This document shows positions 11,501 through 19,039 of a stretch of 64,000 nt of DNA, piece by piece. The stretch is from Pelagomonas calceolata (taxonomy: Eukaryota): the NCBI GenBank assembly GCA_918797485.1, contig CAKKNE010000005.1, forward strand, positions 4,836,001-4,900,000. The letters run 5' to 3'. Positions within the stretch are counted from its first letter, which is position 1. Each line of letters begins with the position of its first letter. The position numbers were made by a program, and so were the translations under genes. The notes under the pieces were generated by a model. It did no database searches and was not told the origin of the DNA. It worked only from the letters and a program-made list of their open reading frames with translations.

Positions 11501-11648
11501 GCCGCGCGAGGCTTTCGGCCCGCGCCGGCGGCACCGGCTTAGGCGCGGGCTTCGGCTCGCCGCTCGTCCACGCCGCGCCCGCGTCCCGCTCGGCCGCGAT
11601 CACTGACGCTAATAGGCTCTCGTCGTCGAAGCCGTCGTCGCTGGCCAT
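8583..11648 (-). CDS. WRN/WEX-like DEDDy 3'-5' exonuclease with C-terminal HTH and long Pro/Ala-rich N-terminus
   Basis: LGFDVEW, VATVQLA, ILKVGVG..ND, DWEAYPLTAEQRDYAALDAY; IAADKSIKIGTVYNYL. Confidence 0.88.
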   Translation of the reverse strand: MASDDGFDDESLLASVIAAERDAGAAWTSGEPKPAPKPVPPARAESLARLAAPAPARKAAPPVPRAVPPQPRTAAPPARKAPLPQPRAAAPPKADSLQRLPPPAAPAPKAPKPTAPKPPKAAAPPRRGPPPVAPLQQRRGPPKVAIPQVAMPQQQTTLETEWDAEDEGDAWAAHRRAARAGDFYAVCPGFDDQLRFALEHAASADVQGMTAAAKSATDPRQKGVIEYILAEVAKVAPRRRGPPQVAPRAAPAPTPAPAVAPPQPSVLCPPTPEPQCSQDLMDFSSPPPPAGGHDGVPERPDARALFHSEAERKALAAARARPPASAPAPAPGAAPARRGAAVLLPGGLRPVAPRGPPPVAPAARGGRPPTPAPPGFRRGGAAPEASPPPTEAAPRRAPTPAAGVKAGAADTSALRLSAVAPRPPAASFYETADGRNLGAEYKKIDEARKRPPVAQPPAASFYETADGRNLGAEYKKIDEAQKPPGKLTQAGFREHCRPGGDPRAAVRAWFDANASDSSDDDDAPKAPPRPPSMDAVSSLTEPSAWGKQVPKEEKAGVPASPLTGPSPPLDPKTLLQKRPSTHRSPEKRGDKRSRAPWAAAASPPTRALKFTGVVEYAATLSDAADACAKLQRCCRTQKGRWPRVDAVLGFDVEWKVTYEAGCPPRKVATVQLAAHDYACVFHVSKLGKVPPRLAFLLASPTILKVGVGARNDARKLSTDYALEKKVAPVVDLRDLADAVHLPGNRGLADLVATALKCLLPKPARTRTGDWEAYPLTAEQRDYAALDAYASFRVFSMLAARASPTALGDVTNRAADSVPPVMPAGETPPESQPELECKPRRSAVAWRDPVAARPQVGHVQPAKQAAYDDYFLFGKTAEAIAADKSIKIGTVYNYLSEAVDRGLAYDWARFEEDVGGPHVFAAIKAALAAGRSRSDVRKVLDVEWWQISLVQAHTTRLALRDADAMAAQAAGADHAAAVEDVTTQDFVAEGRRRAEAGARPAFSEFAYASQSADVAQFALFFE
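10209..10382 (-). repeat. In-frame 99-nt tandem duplication (PPAASFYETADGRNLGAEYKKIDEA x2)
   Basis: Near-identical copies 99 nt apart. Confidence 0.9.
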
Positions 11649-11902
11649 CGTAGCGTGGTATGTGGGCGCTGCGCTGGGCCTGGGACCGCTGCGCTAGTCC
11701 CTAGCGCGCGGCGCGCGTAGTTTGTACCGTTCCGCGCCGCAAGCGCACAGTGGCTGTTCCCGGCCGCTGGTGGAAATCTGTTGACGGCGCGGCACAGCGC
11801 TACAGCGCCCACACAGCTGGGACCAGCTGGCAAGCTCAGTAGCGAATCTGTGCCGATGGTGAGCCGTCAGAGTCGATGAAAGCGAGTCCCGCTCCCTTTC
11901 CC

Positions 11903-11924
11903 GCTAGTGTCTTGCACCACTAGC
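11903..11924. promoter_or_regulatory. Bipartite CTAG motif upstream of the exonuclease gene
   Basis: gctagtgtcttgcaccactagc. Confidence 0.55.
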
Positions 11925-11927
11925 TGA

Positions 11928-12006
11928 ATGCACAGATAAACTCCCCCCCAGGGGCTCCGCCCACTAGTCCTAGCACCGTAACATCGACTTCATGCACAGA
12001 TAAACT
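11928..12006 (+). mobile_element. 49-bp dispersed repeat flanked by perfect 15-bp direct repeats
   Basis: atgcacagataaact at 11928-11942 and 11992-12006 around cccccc..ggggctccgcccactagtcctagcaccgtaacatcgacttc. Confidence 0.75.
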
Positions 12007-13646
12007 TAAGCCTCCCCACCGTCAACCGCGGAAAGATGCAGATGCACCGACCCGAGCCGTCTCGCCTGCTCCTGGCTATGCGTCACGACGACGAGCGCGC
12101 CGGGGAACGCCGACAGGGACGCTTCGACGAGGGCCGTCGTCGCCGCGTCGCAGGCGCTCGTCGGCTCGTCTAGGAGCAAAACGTCCGGCGCGAGCGCGAG
12201 CGCGATCGCCAGGTTCGCCCGTTGGGCTTCGCCGCCCGAAAGCGACGCCCAGGGCGCGCCGAGCTTCTCCGTGGGGAGCCGCCAGCTCTCCGCGTAGCTC
12301 TCGATCGAGGACCGCACCTGGACCGGGTCGCGGTGCCGCTGCGCGCCGAAGGCCAGCACCTGGTCCAGGTGGTCGCGCGGGCTGCCGGCGACGGTGGGCC
12401 GGTCCTGGCTGACGAACGCCACGCGCGCGCGGTAGGCCGGCGGTGGTCCGTCGAAGCCCGCGAGGCGGCCGCCCGTCGCGGGCACGAGCTTCGCCAGCGT
12501 CTTCAGCAGCTGCGTCTTGCCGGCGCCGGTCTCGCCGGTCAGGGCCGTGCGGCCGCCCCGCCGCAGCTCGAGCGAGCACGTCAGGTTCGTGAGGGCGACG
12601 ACCACGTTTTCCGCCTTTAAGAGGACCTCGCCGGTCGACGCGGTCCCGCGCACGACGCTCACGGCGTACGCGCGCGGTTGGGGTTCGTCCTTCGCCACGA
12701 CGTCGTCGGCGATCGGCGCGTAGGCCCGGCCCGCGAAGGACGCCCTGAGAAGGGCGACGCTTCGTACCGCCGCGTCCCGCAGGAATAGAAGGAAGGAGAC
12801 GAGTATGTCGCGGCGCTGCGCCGGCGGCCGCGGCGCCAGCGCGCCGCGGCGGAGCGCGTGCCGCGCCGTGTCGAACGCCGCCGTCGACGCCAACCCTAAC
12901 AACACCAGCGTCGTGAGGCACGACGCCGCGCAGACCAAGTACATGATCATGACCTGGTAGCAGCCGGCGACGACGGGCGGCTGGCCCCCCAGCATCTGGC
13001 CCGTCATCATGCCCGGCATCATCACGAGCCCCATGACGGCCATGCTGTTCAGCGTCGGCGTCAGCGCGGCCGTCGTCGCCGAGCGCAAGGACGGCAGTGC
13101 CGCCTCGCGCCACGTCGCGCCGCGGGCGAGCGCGAGCTCGACGACGTCCGCGCGCTCCGCGACGTCCGTGAGGAACGCGCCGCAGCCCAGCGCCGTCGCC
13201 GTGAGCACATTGCCCACGACCATGCCCGACACGGGCACGACGTACTTGGCGTCCCACGGCGGGCTCAGCGCGAGGACGAACACCGCCGCGTAGAGGATCA
13301 CCGTGCCCGCGCCGCACGCGAACGCGGCGGCGAAGTGGAGCCGCAGGCCCGCGTAGCCGTACTTCAGGCGCGACGACGCCTCCTTCGCCGCGAGGGCGAC
13401 TATTAACGAGAGGTAGGCGACGATGAGTCTCGGGTCGTTGCGGCCGAAGAGCGGCTCGAGCACGAACGCGCAGAGGATAAGGAGCTGGACCGCGCACCGC
13501 GACGCGGAGACGACGATTCTGCCGGCGAGGTCCAACCTTAACGCGTGCGACGCCGCGATGACGAATATCAACAACAACGCGCAAGCGAATAAATGCGTAA
13601 CACCGAGTTGCTGGATGGCGGCCTGGTGCTTTTGCGCTGCTACCAT
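12006..13646 (-). CDS. Fused UPF0014 permease (FetB/STAR2-like) plus ABC ATPase (FetA/STAR1-like)
   Basis: LALARGATWREA, PTLNSMAVMGLVMMPGMMTGQMLGG..P..YQ; Walker A GETGAGKT, LSGGE, LLLDEPT, VTH. Confidence 0.9.
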   Translation of the reverse strand: MVAAQKHQAAIQQLGVTHLFACALLLIFVIAASHALRLDLAGRIVVSASRCAVQLLILCAFVLEPLFGRNDPRLIVAYLSLIVALAAKEASSRLKYGYAGLRLHFAAAFACGAGTVILYAAVFVLALSPPWDAKYVVPVSGMVVGNVLTATALGCGAFLTDVAERADVVELALARGATWREAALPSLRSATTAALTPTLNSMAVMGLVMMPGMMTGQMLGGQPPVVAGCYQVMIMYLVCAASCLTTLVLLGLASTAAFDTARHALRRGALAPRPPAQRRDILVSFLLFLRDAAVRSVALLRASFAGRAYAPIADDVVAKDEPQPRAYAVSVVRGTASTGEVLLKAENVVVALTNLTCSLELRRGGRTALTGETGAGKTQLLKTLAKLVPATGGRLAGFDGPPPAYRARVAFVSQDRPTVAGSPRDHLDQVLAFGAQRHRDPVQVRSSIESYAESWRLPTEKLGAPWASLSGGEAQRANLAIALALAPDVLLLDEPTSACDAATTALVEASLSAFPGALVVVTHSQEQARRLGSVHLHLSAVDGGEA

Positions 13647-13815
13647 GGTAGATGCGGTGGTCCTGCCTTTGAGTTGTCTGGTGATATGGAGAGCTATTTA
13701 TGCGACTGAGCCTGGGTTTGCGAGATGGTGCTATTGGAGCTTGCTATTGCAGCTCGCTGCTGTTGTTTGGTCTCCCTTCAAGGCTGTCGTGGCGACCAAA
13801 AACACGAGGTGTGTG

Positions 13816-13840
13816 GCTATAGCGGGCGTAAGACACTAGC
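13816..13840. promoter_or_regulatory. Bipartite CTAG motif upstream of the FetB-FetA gene
   Basis: gctatagcgggcgtaagacactagc. Confidence 0.55.
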
Positions 13841-13853
13841 TTTACGGACCTAC

Positions 13854-14297
13854 TTACCCATCGCTAGGAAGCGCGTCGTTCAGCGCCTTCGCGCGCGCCG
13901 CGAGCGCGTCCGCCGCCGCCTTGTCCTTCCGTCGCAGCAGCGCGAATTCCTTCGCGAGGCGCTTCGTCGCCGCCGCGCGCTCCGAGCCGCCGAGCGATGC
14001 ATCGATGCGGTCGGCGACGAAGAGGCTGAGCGCGCTGTGCCGGACCTTCGACGTCCCCTTCGGTATCGCCTTTATCTCCGGCTCCGGCGGCTCCTCGCGA
14101 GCCTCGATCTCGCGCACGCTGACGAGCGACTTGTCGTTGAACGACACGCGGCGGCCGTTTTTCCTTGCGGAAGGGGCTCCGCCCCCGCGGTCGCGCGCCC
14201 AGGCGTGGATGTCGACGCCAGAAGTCGCGTAGGCGAGGCCGAGGCTCACGAGGCGCTCGTCGTGGAGCAGCGGGTGGTCCGTGATGCGTTCGACCAT
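13854..14297 (-). CDS. Hypothetical protein
   Basis: 147-aa ATG ORF with coding-like codon use; contains RRVSF (RVxF-like). Confidence 0.55.
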   Translation of the reverse strand: MVERITDHPLLHDERLVSLGLAYATSGVDIHAWARDRGGGAPSARKNGRRVSFNDKSLVSVREIEAREEPPEPEIKAIPKGTSKVRHSALSLFVADRIDASLGGSERAAATKRLAKEFALLRRKDKAAADALAARAKALNDALPSDG

Positions 14298-14521
14298 CGC
14301 TACGAGTAATCGTGCACGGTAGGCGCCGTGCGGCGGTGCAACTTATGGGCGCCGCAAGCAAAAAGAGGGCCGGTGCAGGGAGGCTGCCCCAATCGTTTTT
14401 TAGAGGGTGGGCGCGGCACGATCGCTGGAAGATCGAATGACGCGGTCACTGTGGCTGTGTGCCTGCCGCCGATGGCGTGTTAAGGCAGCTGTGCGGCCGC
14501 GTCGTCTGCTTCTCGTCTTTT

Positions 14522-14543
14522 GCTAGTGTCTTACACCGCTAGC
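14522..14543. promoter_or_regulatory. Bipartite CTAG motif in a divergent promoter
   Basis: gctagtgtcttacaccgctagc. Confidence 0.6.
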
Positions 14544-14655
14544 AAGCATCCGTGGAGTCGCTCGATTGAGGCCCTGCGGGGCTGTGCGGTGCTTTGTGGT
14601 GCTGTGCGCAAGCGGTGCGAACCTCTGCTTGCAGGGCGCACCACCTGCGCGAACT

Positions 14656-15315
14656 ATGGCGGCCCGCCATGCGCCGCCATCGCGCACCTGCGCCGCACTG
14701 CTCCTAAATATCGCACTGCTGGCCGGCGCCCAGAACAACCACGCGAGCTGCAGCGACTGGGCGGCCACCGGCGAATGCGAGAACAACCCTGGCTACATGC
14801 TCACCAACTGCAAGGACGCCTGCGACCTCCAGACGATGGAGGTCGCCGCGTCGTTCTACGACTTATCAGCCGAAACGGCGTCGGGAGGATCGCTGGACTT
14901 TGAAACGTTACGCGACAAGGTCGTCCTGATCACGAATGTCGCGAGCGAATGAGGCAAGACGGACGCGCACTACTCCGAGATGGTTCGATTACACGCGGAG
15001 CTGGGCGCGTCCGGCCTCGAGATTTTAGCGTTCCCGTGCAACCAGTTCGGGAACCAGGAGCCCCAGGCCGCGCGCGACGTCGAAGCGCGCATCCGGAAGC
15101 GGTACGGCGTCGCGTTCCACGTCATGGCCAAGGTCGACGTCAACGGTCCCAATTCCCACGCCGTCTTCCGGTACCTCAAGCACAAGACGCCCAAGGTCCC
15201 GCGGATCTCCTGGAACTTCGGCGTCTACTACGTCGTCGGCCGGGACGGCTACGCGCGCGCCTTCCCGGACACGTCGCCCGCACTGCTGTCCGAAGCCATC
15301 CGCGCCGAGCTCTAG
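14656..15315 (+). CDS. GPX: Selenoprotein glutathione peroxidase with signal peptide and ShKT domain; TGA 14950-14952 = Sec
   Basis: KVVLITNVASE-TGA-GKT in frame with LEILAFPCNQFGNQEP and ISWNF; ShKT CSDWAATGECENNPGYMLTNCKDAC; SECIS downstream. Confidence 0.93.
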
Positions 15316-15323
15316 GTCAGGAC

Positions 15324-15386
15324 CGGGCTGCCGCTCGTGACGCCGCAGCGCACGCCACCGCGCGTTGCGGCCGACCCGCGCAGTCG
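15324..15386 (+). promoter_or_regulatory. SECIS element in the GPX 3' UTR
   Basis: Helix I ggctgc/gcagtc; core GTGAC (15337)...CGAC; 10-bp helix II gccgcagcgc/gcgttgcggc; apical AC plus mini-stem gc-cacc-gc. Confidence 0.85.
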
Positions 15387-15416
15387 TTCCCGAACTAGTA
15401 AGTGTGCTGTGAATTA

Positions 15417-16103
15417 CTAGTCGGGCGATGCCTCGAAGCGCCGCAGCGCCGCGTTGCGGATGAGGGCCCGTTTGCCGGGAGCCATCTCCTGCGACTCGAA
15501 GCGCACCGAGGGGGGCGGCGTCCGCGCGCGCGACAGCGTCGGCGAGTCGGTCCCGCCGAGCGCGTTGCCCCTCCCGGAGAAGGCCCGCGGCAGCGGCGCC
15601 GTCAAGGGCTGGCGATCGGCCGGCGCCCCCGTCGTCGGGTCGCGGTGCCTCTCCTGAGCCGGCACGAGGCATGCCACGCAGCTCCCGACCGTCGCGGCCC
15701 GGTTCACCCAGCCCGGCGTGTGCCGCCCGCACAGCGCGAAAACCAAAGCGTCCGTGAAGTGGTTGCAATTCCTCTGCACGAGATCGTAGGCCGACGCCGG
15801 GAAGCGGCCCCGCAGCTCGTCGACGGCGCGCCCCAACGCCTGCAGCGACTCGGCCTGACCCATAACGTAGCTACCTCTAAACCGCGCGACGCCCGGGTTC
15901 TGCGCGGCGCTCCGCGGCCGCGCGTCGCCGATGCCGTAGCCCGCGCCGTACGAGTACTCTCGCCCGTCGACCTCGACGCCCGTGTGGTAGAGGCCCAGGC
16001 CGAGCGCCGACAGGAACTCGTTGCCCGGGCTGTCGAGGTCGTAGACGTTGAGTTTCACGGTCACGCCCGCTGGCTGGCGGCCACCGGGCCAGAGGGCTCT
16101 CAT
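15417..16103 (-). CDS. PPPDE/DeSI desumoylating isopeptidase
   Basis: VKLNVYDL, GLYHTGVEVDGREYSYG, YDLVQRNCNHF, PGWVNRAA. Confidence 0.93.
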   Translation of the reverse strand: MRALWPGGRQPAGVTVKLNVYDLDSPGNEFLSALGLGLYHTGVEVDGREYSYGAGYGIGDARPRSAAQNPGVARFRGSYVMGQAESLQALGRAVDELRGRFPASAYDLVQRNCNHFTDALVFALCGRHTPGWVNRAATVGSCVACLVPAQERHRDPTTGAPADRQPLTAPLPRAFSGRGNALGGTDSPTLSRARTPPPSVRFESQEMAPGKRALIRNAALRRFEASPD

Positions 16104-16268
16104 TTTGTGATCTGTTTTCAACCGCTTGCCGCGTCGGCGGCGTATTTAGCGCTCAGTTTTCGTGTGGCCCAGCTGGCTTATGAGCTTGTGGCGGCTCTCG
16201 CTGGGCAGGAATCGCTGTAGCGGTGGGCGTAGCGTATCGAACTGGTGTATGAGACCCCCAAACAATTC

Positions 16269-16291
16269 GCTAGCGGCACTAAGACACTAGC
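16269..16291. promoter_or_regulatory. Bipartite CTAG motif in a divergent promoter
   Basis: gctagcggcactaagacactagc. Confidence 0.6.
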
Positions 16292-16511
16292 AAAAAGCAG
16301 GTCGTCCGCTTTACAGGCCTTGTTACGGCCCTGTGGCGCCCAGGTGACGCTACAGCCGTGTAACTGCGCTGCAGAACCAGCGCTGCGGGCTGGAGGCTGG
16401 AAACCGCATCTCTAGGCGCCGCGCTGCGCCACAGAGAACCGTCCGCGTCCTCAGCCTCGTCGGCGCGGCCGTCGGCGCGGCACGCCGTCGGCGCGCCCCA
16501 CGCCTATAACG

Positions 16512-17792
16512 ATGGCCAAGCGCGGCACCCTGGACGACAACACGGTCTGGAAGGTCGAAGAAATAAAAAAAATCCCGAATTCCGACGAGGCGCGCAAGTT
16601 GTTGCTCCGCGTCAAGGAGCACGCCGACAACGTGCTCAAGGCGCGCGGCTGGAAGGTCAAGCGGCTGATCGAGATCTGCTGCTGCGAGCGCAAGAACATG
16701 GGCACGAACCTGGGCGTCGGCGGCTGGTGCCGCGGCGACGGGCCCGGCGCCGCGCACACGATCGCGCTGCGCCTGCGCCGCCCGCGGTCGCACGACTTCG
16801 TGAGCTTCGAGCACTGTTTGAAAGTTATGTGGCACGAGATGGCGCACATCGTGCACGGCAACCACTCGGCGGCCTTCTACCAGGAGATGGACGACATCGC
16901 GCGCCACTACGAGCTCATCAAGAGCAAGGGCCAGCTCGTCGGGCTCGACGGCTTCCCGATCGGCGGCGGCCGCAACGCGGACCCGCAGCGGCACAACCCG
17001 TCGCGCGCGGAGGGGCGCGCCGCGGGGCTCAAGGCCGCCGAGGCCCGGGCGAAGAAGCAGCGCGTCATGGGCGGCGGGCGCCTCGGCGGCGGCGCCGCGC
17101 ACCGGAAGCTGTCGCCCCGGGAGGCCGCGGCCCGCGCGGCGGAGCGGCGCGCCCAGGACGCGCGGAACGGCCTCGGCGACGCGGAGTTGGAGGTCGCAGC
17201 GGGCCGCGGCGAGAAGCGCAAGTCCGGGCCGGGCCTCGTCTGGGACGGGACCTTCCGCGCGGTCTGCCCCGTGTGCGGGCCGGTCTGCACGGACAAGGTG
17301 GAGCACGCGGAGGTCATCTCCGACTCGGACGACGACGACCTCGCGGGGCCGGTGGACTACAGCCAGGAGAGCCAGGAGGACGAAAAGCCGCCGGCTCCGG
17401 CGAAGCCGGCGGCGCGGCCGAGGCCGGCGCCGACCGCACAAGCTCGGCGGCCGCCGCCTCCGCCCGCGGACCGGCGACCGGCCAAGCGCAAGGCGCCGCC
17501 GTCGCCCATCGACCTCACCGCGGAGGACTCGGACGGCGGGAGCGGGCCTCCGGCGGTGGCTTGGACGTGCGCGCGCTGCACCCTTGTCAACTCCGGCGGC
17601 GACGTCTGCAACGCGTGCGCGGCGCCGCGGAACGCGGGAGCGCAAGAGGAGGCCGACGCCGCGCTCGCGAGACGGCTCCAGGAGGGCCAGGCGCCGCGGC
17701 CAGCGCCGGACTCGCGGCCGGAGCCTGCGCCGTTCGACCCGTGCAAGCCGTCGCTGAACGGTTCAAGCATGGCTCGCCCGGCAAAGAAGTGA
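16512..17792 (+). CDS. WSS1: WLM-domain metalloprotease (Wss1-like) with SIM and RanBP2 zinc finger
   Basis: IALRLR, HEMAHIVHGNHSAAFY (HExxH), GGGRLGG, PIDLT, WTCARCTLVN..CNAC. Confidence 0.88.
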   Translation: MAKRGTLDDNTVWKVEEIKKIPNSDEARKLLLRVKEHADNVLKARGWKVKRLIEICCCERKNMGTNLGVGGWCRGDGPGAAHTIALRLRRPRSHDFVSFEHCLKVMWHEMAHIVHGNHSAAFYQEMDDIARHYELIKSKGQLVGLDGFPIGGGRNADPQRHNPSRAEGRAAGLKAAEARAKKQRVMGGGRLGGGAAHRKLSPREAAARAAERRAQDARNGLGDAELEVAAGRGEKRKSGPGLVWDGTFRAVCPVCGPVCTDKVEHAEVISDSDDDDLAGPVDYSQESQEDEKPPAPAKPAARPRPAPTAQARRPPPPPADRRPAKRKAPPSPIDLTAEDSDGGSGPPAVAWTCARCTLVNSGGDVCNACAAPRNAGAQEEADAALARRLQEGQAPRPAPDSRPEPAPFDPCKPSLNGSSMARPAKK

Positions 17793-17815
17793 CTGTCATG
17801 TGTGACTAACTTATG

Positions 17816-18736
17816 TTATGCAATTGTTGGGAATCGTGGCACCAAGAGCCGTGCGAGCCCGCCGAGGAACGCTCGCAGCGGCGCTAGCACCATCGTCAGG
17901 ACGCCCCCGGCGCGCGCCGCGGCGGGCAAGTCCGCTTTCACTGGGATCACGAGTTCCGTCGCGTTGGAGAGTATGACTTCGACGGGCGGTGGCGCGGTCT
18001 CGACAGCGCGCCGCTGGTCGTAAATCGCAAAATACAAATTCGCCGCGAGGAGCGCGGTCAGGATTCCGAGCAGGGCGTCGCGCGCGGTGAGGTCGCCGTT
18101 TGATGTGGCGACCTTCGCGGGCGACGGCGTGGCGACGATTGGTTGATCGACGACCGCCAACGGCGCGGCGACGGCGGCCGGCGCGGCTGGGGGCGCAACG
18201 ACGGCAGGCGACGACGAGGTGACGGCCGGTGGCGCTTCGACCTCCGGCTGTACAGCGACAGGTGACGCCGCTGCTATCGCAGCAGGCGCGGCGGCACTCC
18301 GGACTATACGGTCGCGCACCTCGGTGCGGAGCTTCTCCGAGCGCGCGGCCTCCGCCGTCCTGGCGGCCGCCTCCCGGCGGATGGCCTCGTCGGCGTCTCC
18401 GTCGAACCAGCTCGCCCAGAAGTCACCGTCCTCGGCGGCCGCGGGCTGCTCGTCGACCCAGGCCTCGTCCGGCTCGGTCCAGGTGCTGACGCCTCGCTCA
18501 TGATTGTACCAATAATGATACTTGTAGCGCGGGTCGAAGCAGCGCGTCCACGGCGGGTACTCGCTCGACGCGGCGGGGCTGGGGGACGGCAGCGGAATGC
18601 TGGGGCTGGGCGCTGCTTGCGTCCGAGCAACCGGCTTCTTTCGCGTGGCCGCGCGCTCAGCACTATTGCTCAGGTCCGCGAAGGCGACGCGCCGCCGCGG
18701 CATCGGACTGGCTTCCGCAAGGCGGTCGAGCTCCAT
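17816..18736 (-). CDS. WW-domain membrane protein
   Basis: PPWTRCFDPRYKYHYWYNHERGVSTWTEP; hydrophobic helix near the C-terminus. Confidence 0.75.
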   Translation of the reverse strand: MELDRLAEASPMPRRRVAFADLSNSAERAATRKKPVARTQAAPSPSIPLPSPSPAASSEYPPWTRCFDPRYKYHYWYNHERGVSTWTEPDEAWVDEQPAAAEDGDFWASWFDGDADEAIRREAAARTAEAARSEKLRTEVRDRIVRSAAAPAAIAAASPVAVQPEVEAPPAVTSSSPAVVAPPAAPAAVAAPLAVVDQPIVATPSPAKVATSNGDLTARDALLGILTALLAANLYFAIYDQRRAVETAPPPVEVILSNATELVIPVKADLPAAARAGGVLTMVLAPLRAFLGGLARLLVPRFPTIA

Positions 18737-18794
18737 GCTCGTGCCGGGGCAGCCTGCCAAAAAGCTTGCCAAAAACCAACCGGCAGCCAGGATC

Positions 18795-18818
18795 CCTAGT
18801 GTCTTACAAGTCGCTAGC
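18795..18818. promoter_or_regulatory. Bipartite CTAG motif upstream of the WW gene
   Basis: cctagtgtcttacaagtcgctagc. Confidence 0.55.
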
Positions 18819-18820
18819 GA

Positions 18821-18921
18821 GATTGCCTGATTGGCCTAGGCACCGTAACATCGACTCGATTGCCTGATTGGCTTCGCCCACTTGTCCTAGCACCGTAACA
18901 ATTATCGATTGCCTAATTAGC
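18821..18921 (+). repeat. Two truncated copies of the CTAGCACCGTAACA repeat, each bracketed by a 15-bp direct repeat
   Basis: gattgcctgattggc at 18821 and 18858, gattgcctaattagc at 18907. Confidence 0.75.
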
Positions 18922-19039
18922 TAACGCTGAGAGAGTACTCTCATTGAGCGGCCCGTTGACGGCGCATGTTCCAATCATATGCATTCTAGAATACGAATAC
19001 GAATTAGACGGTACGGGCCAGGACTCCCACGTTGCGAAT

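Noticed and set aside
9028..11606. Long alternative-frame and antisense ORFs (e.g. 9028-10824, 9603-11606, also 54058-57000, 30190-32175)
   Set aside because: Arg/Ala/Gly/Pro-rich shadow ORFs, expected from very high GC3; no domain motifs.
14949..14980. GPx as a pseudogene or two separate genes
   Set aside because: The TGA is at the catalytic residue, the frame continues intact and a SECIS-like hairpin follows.
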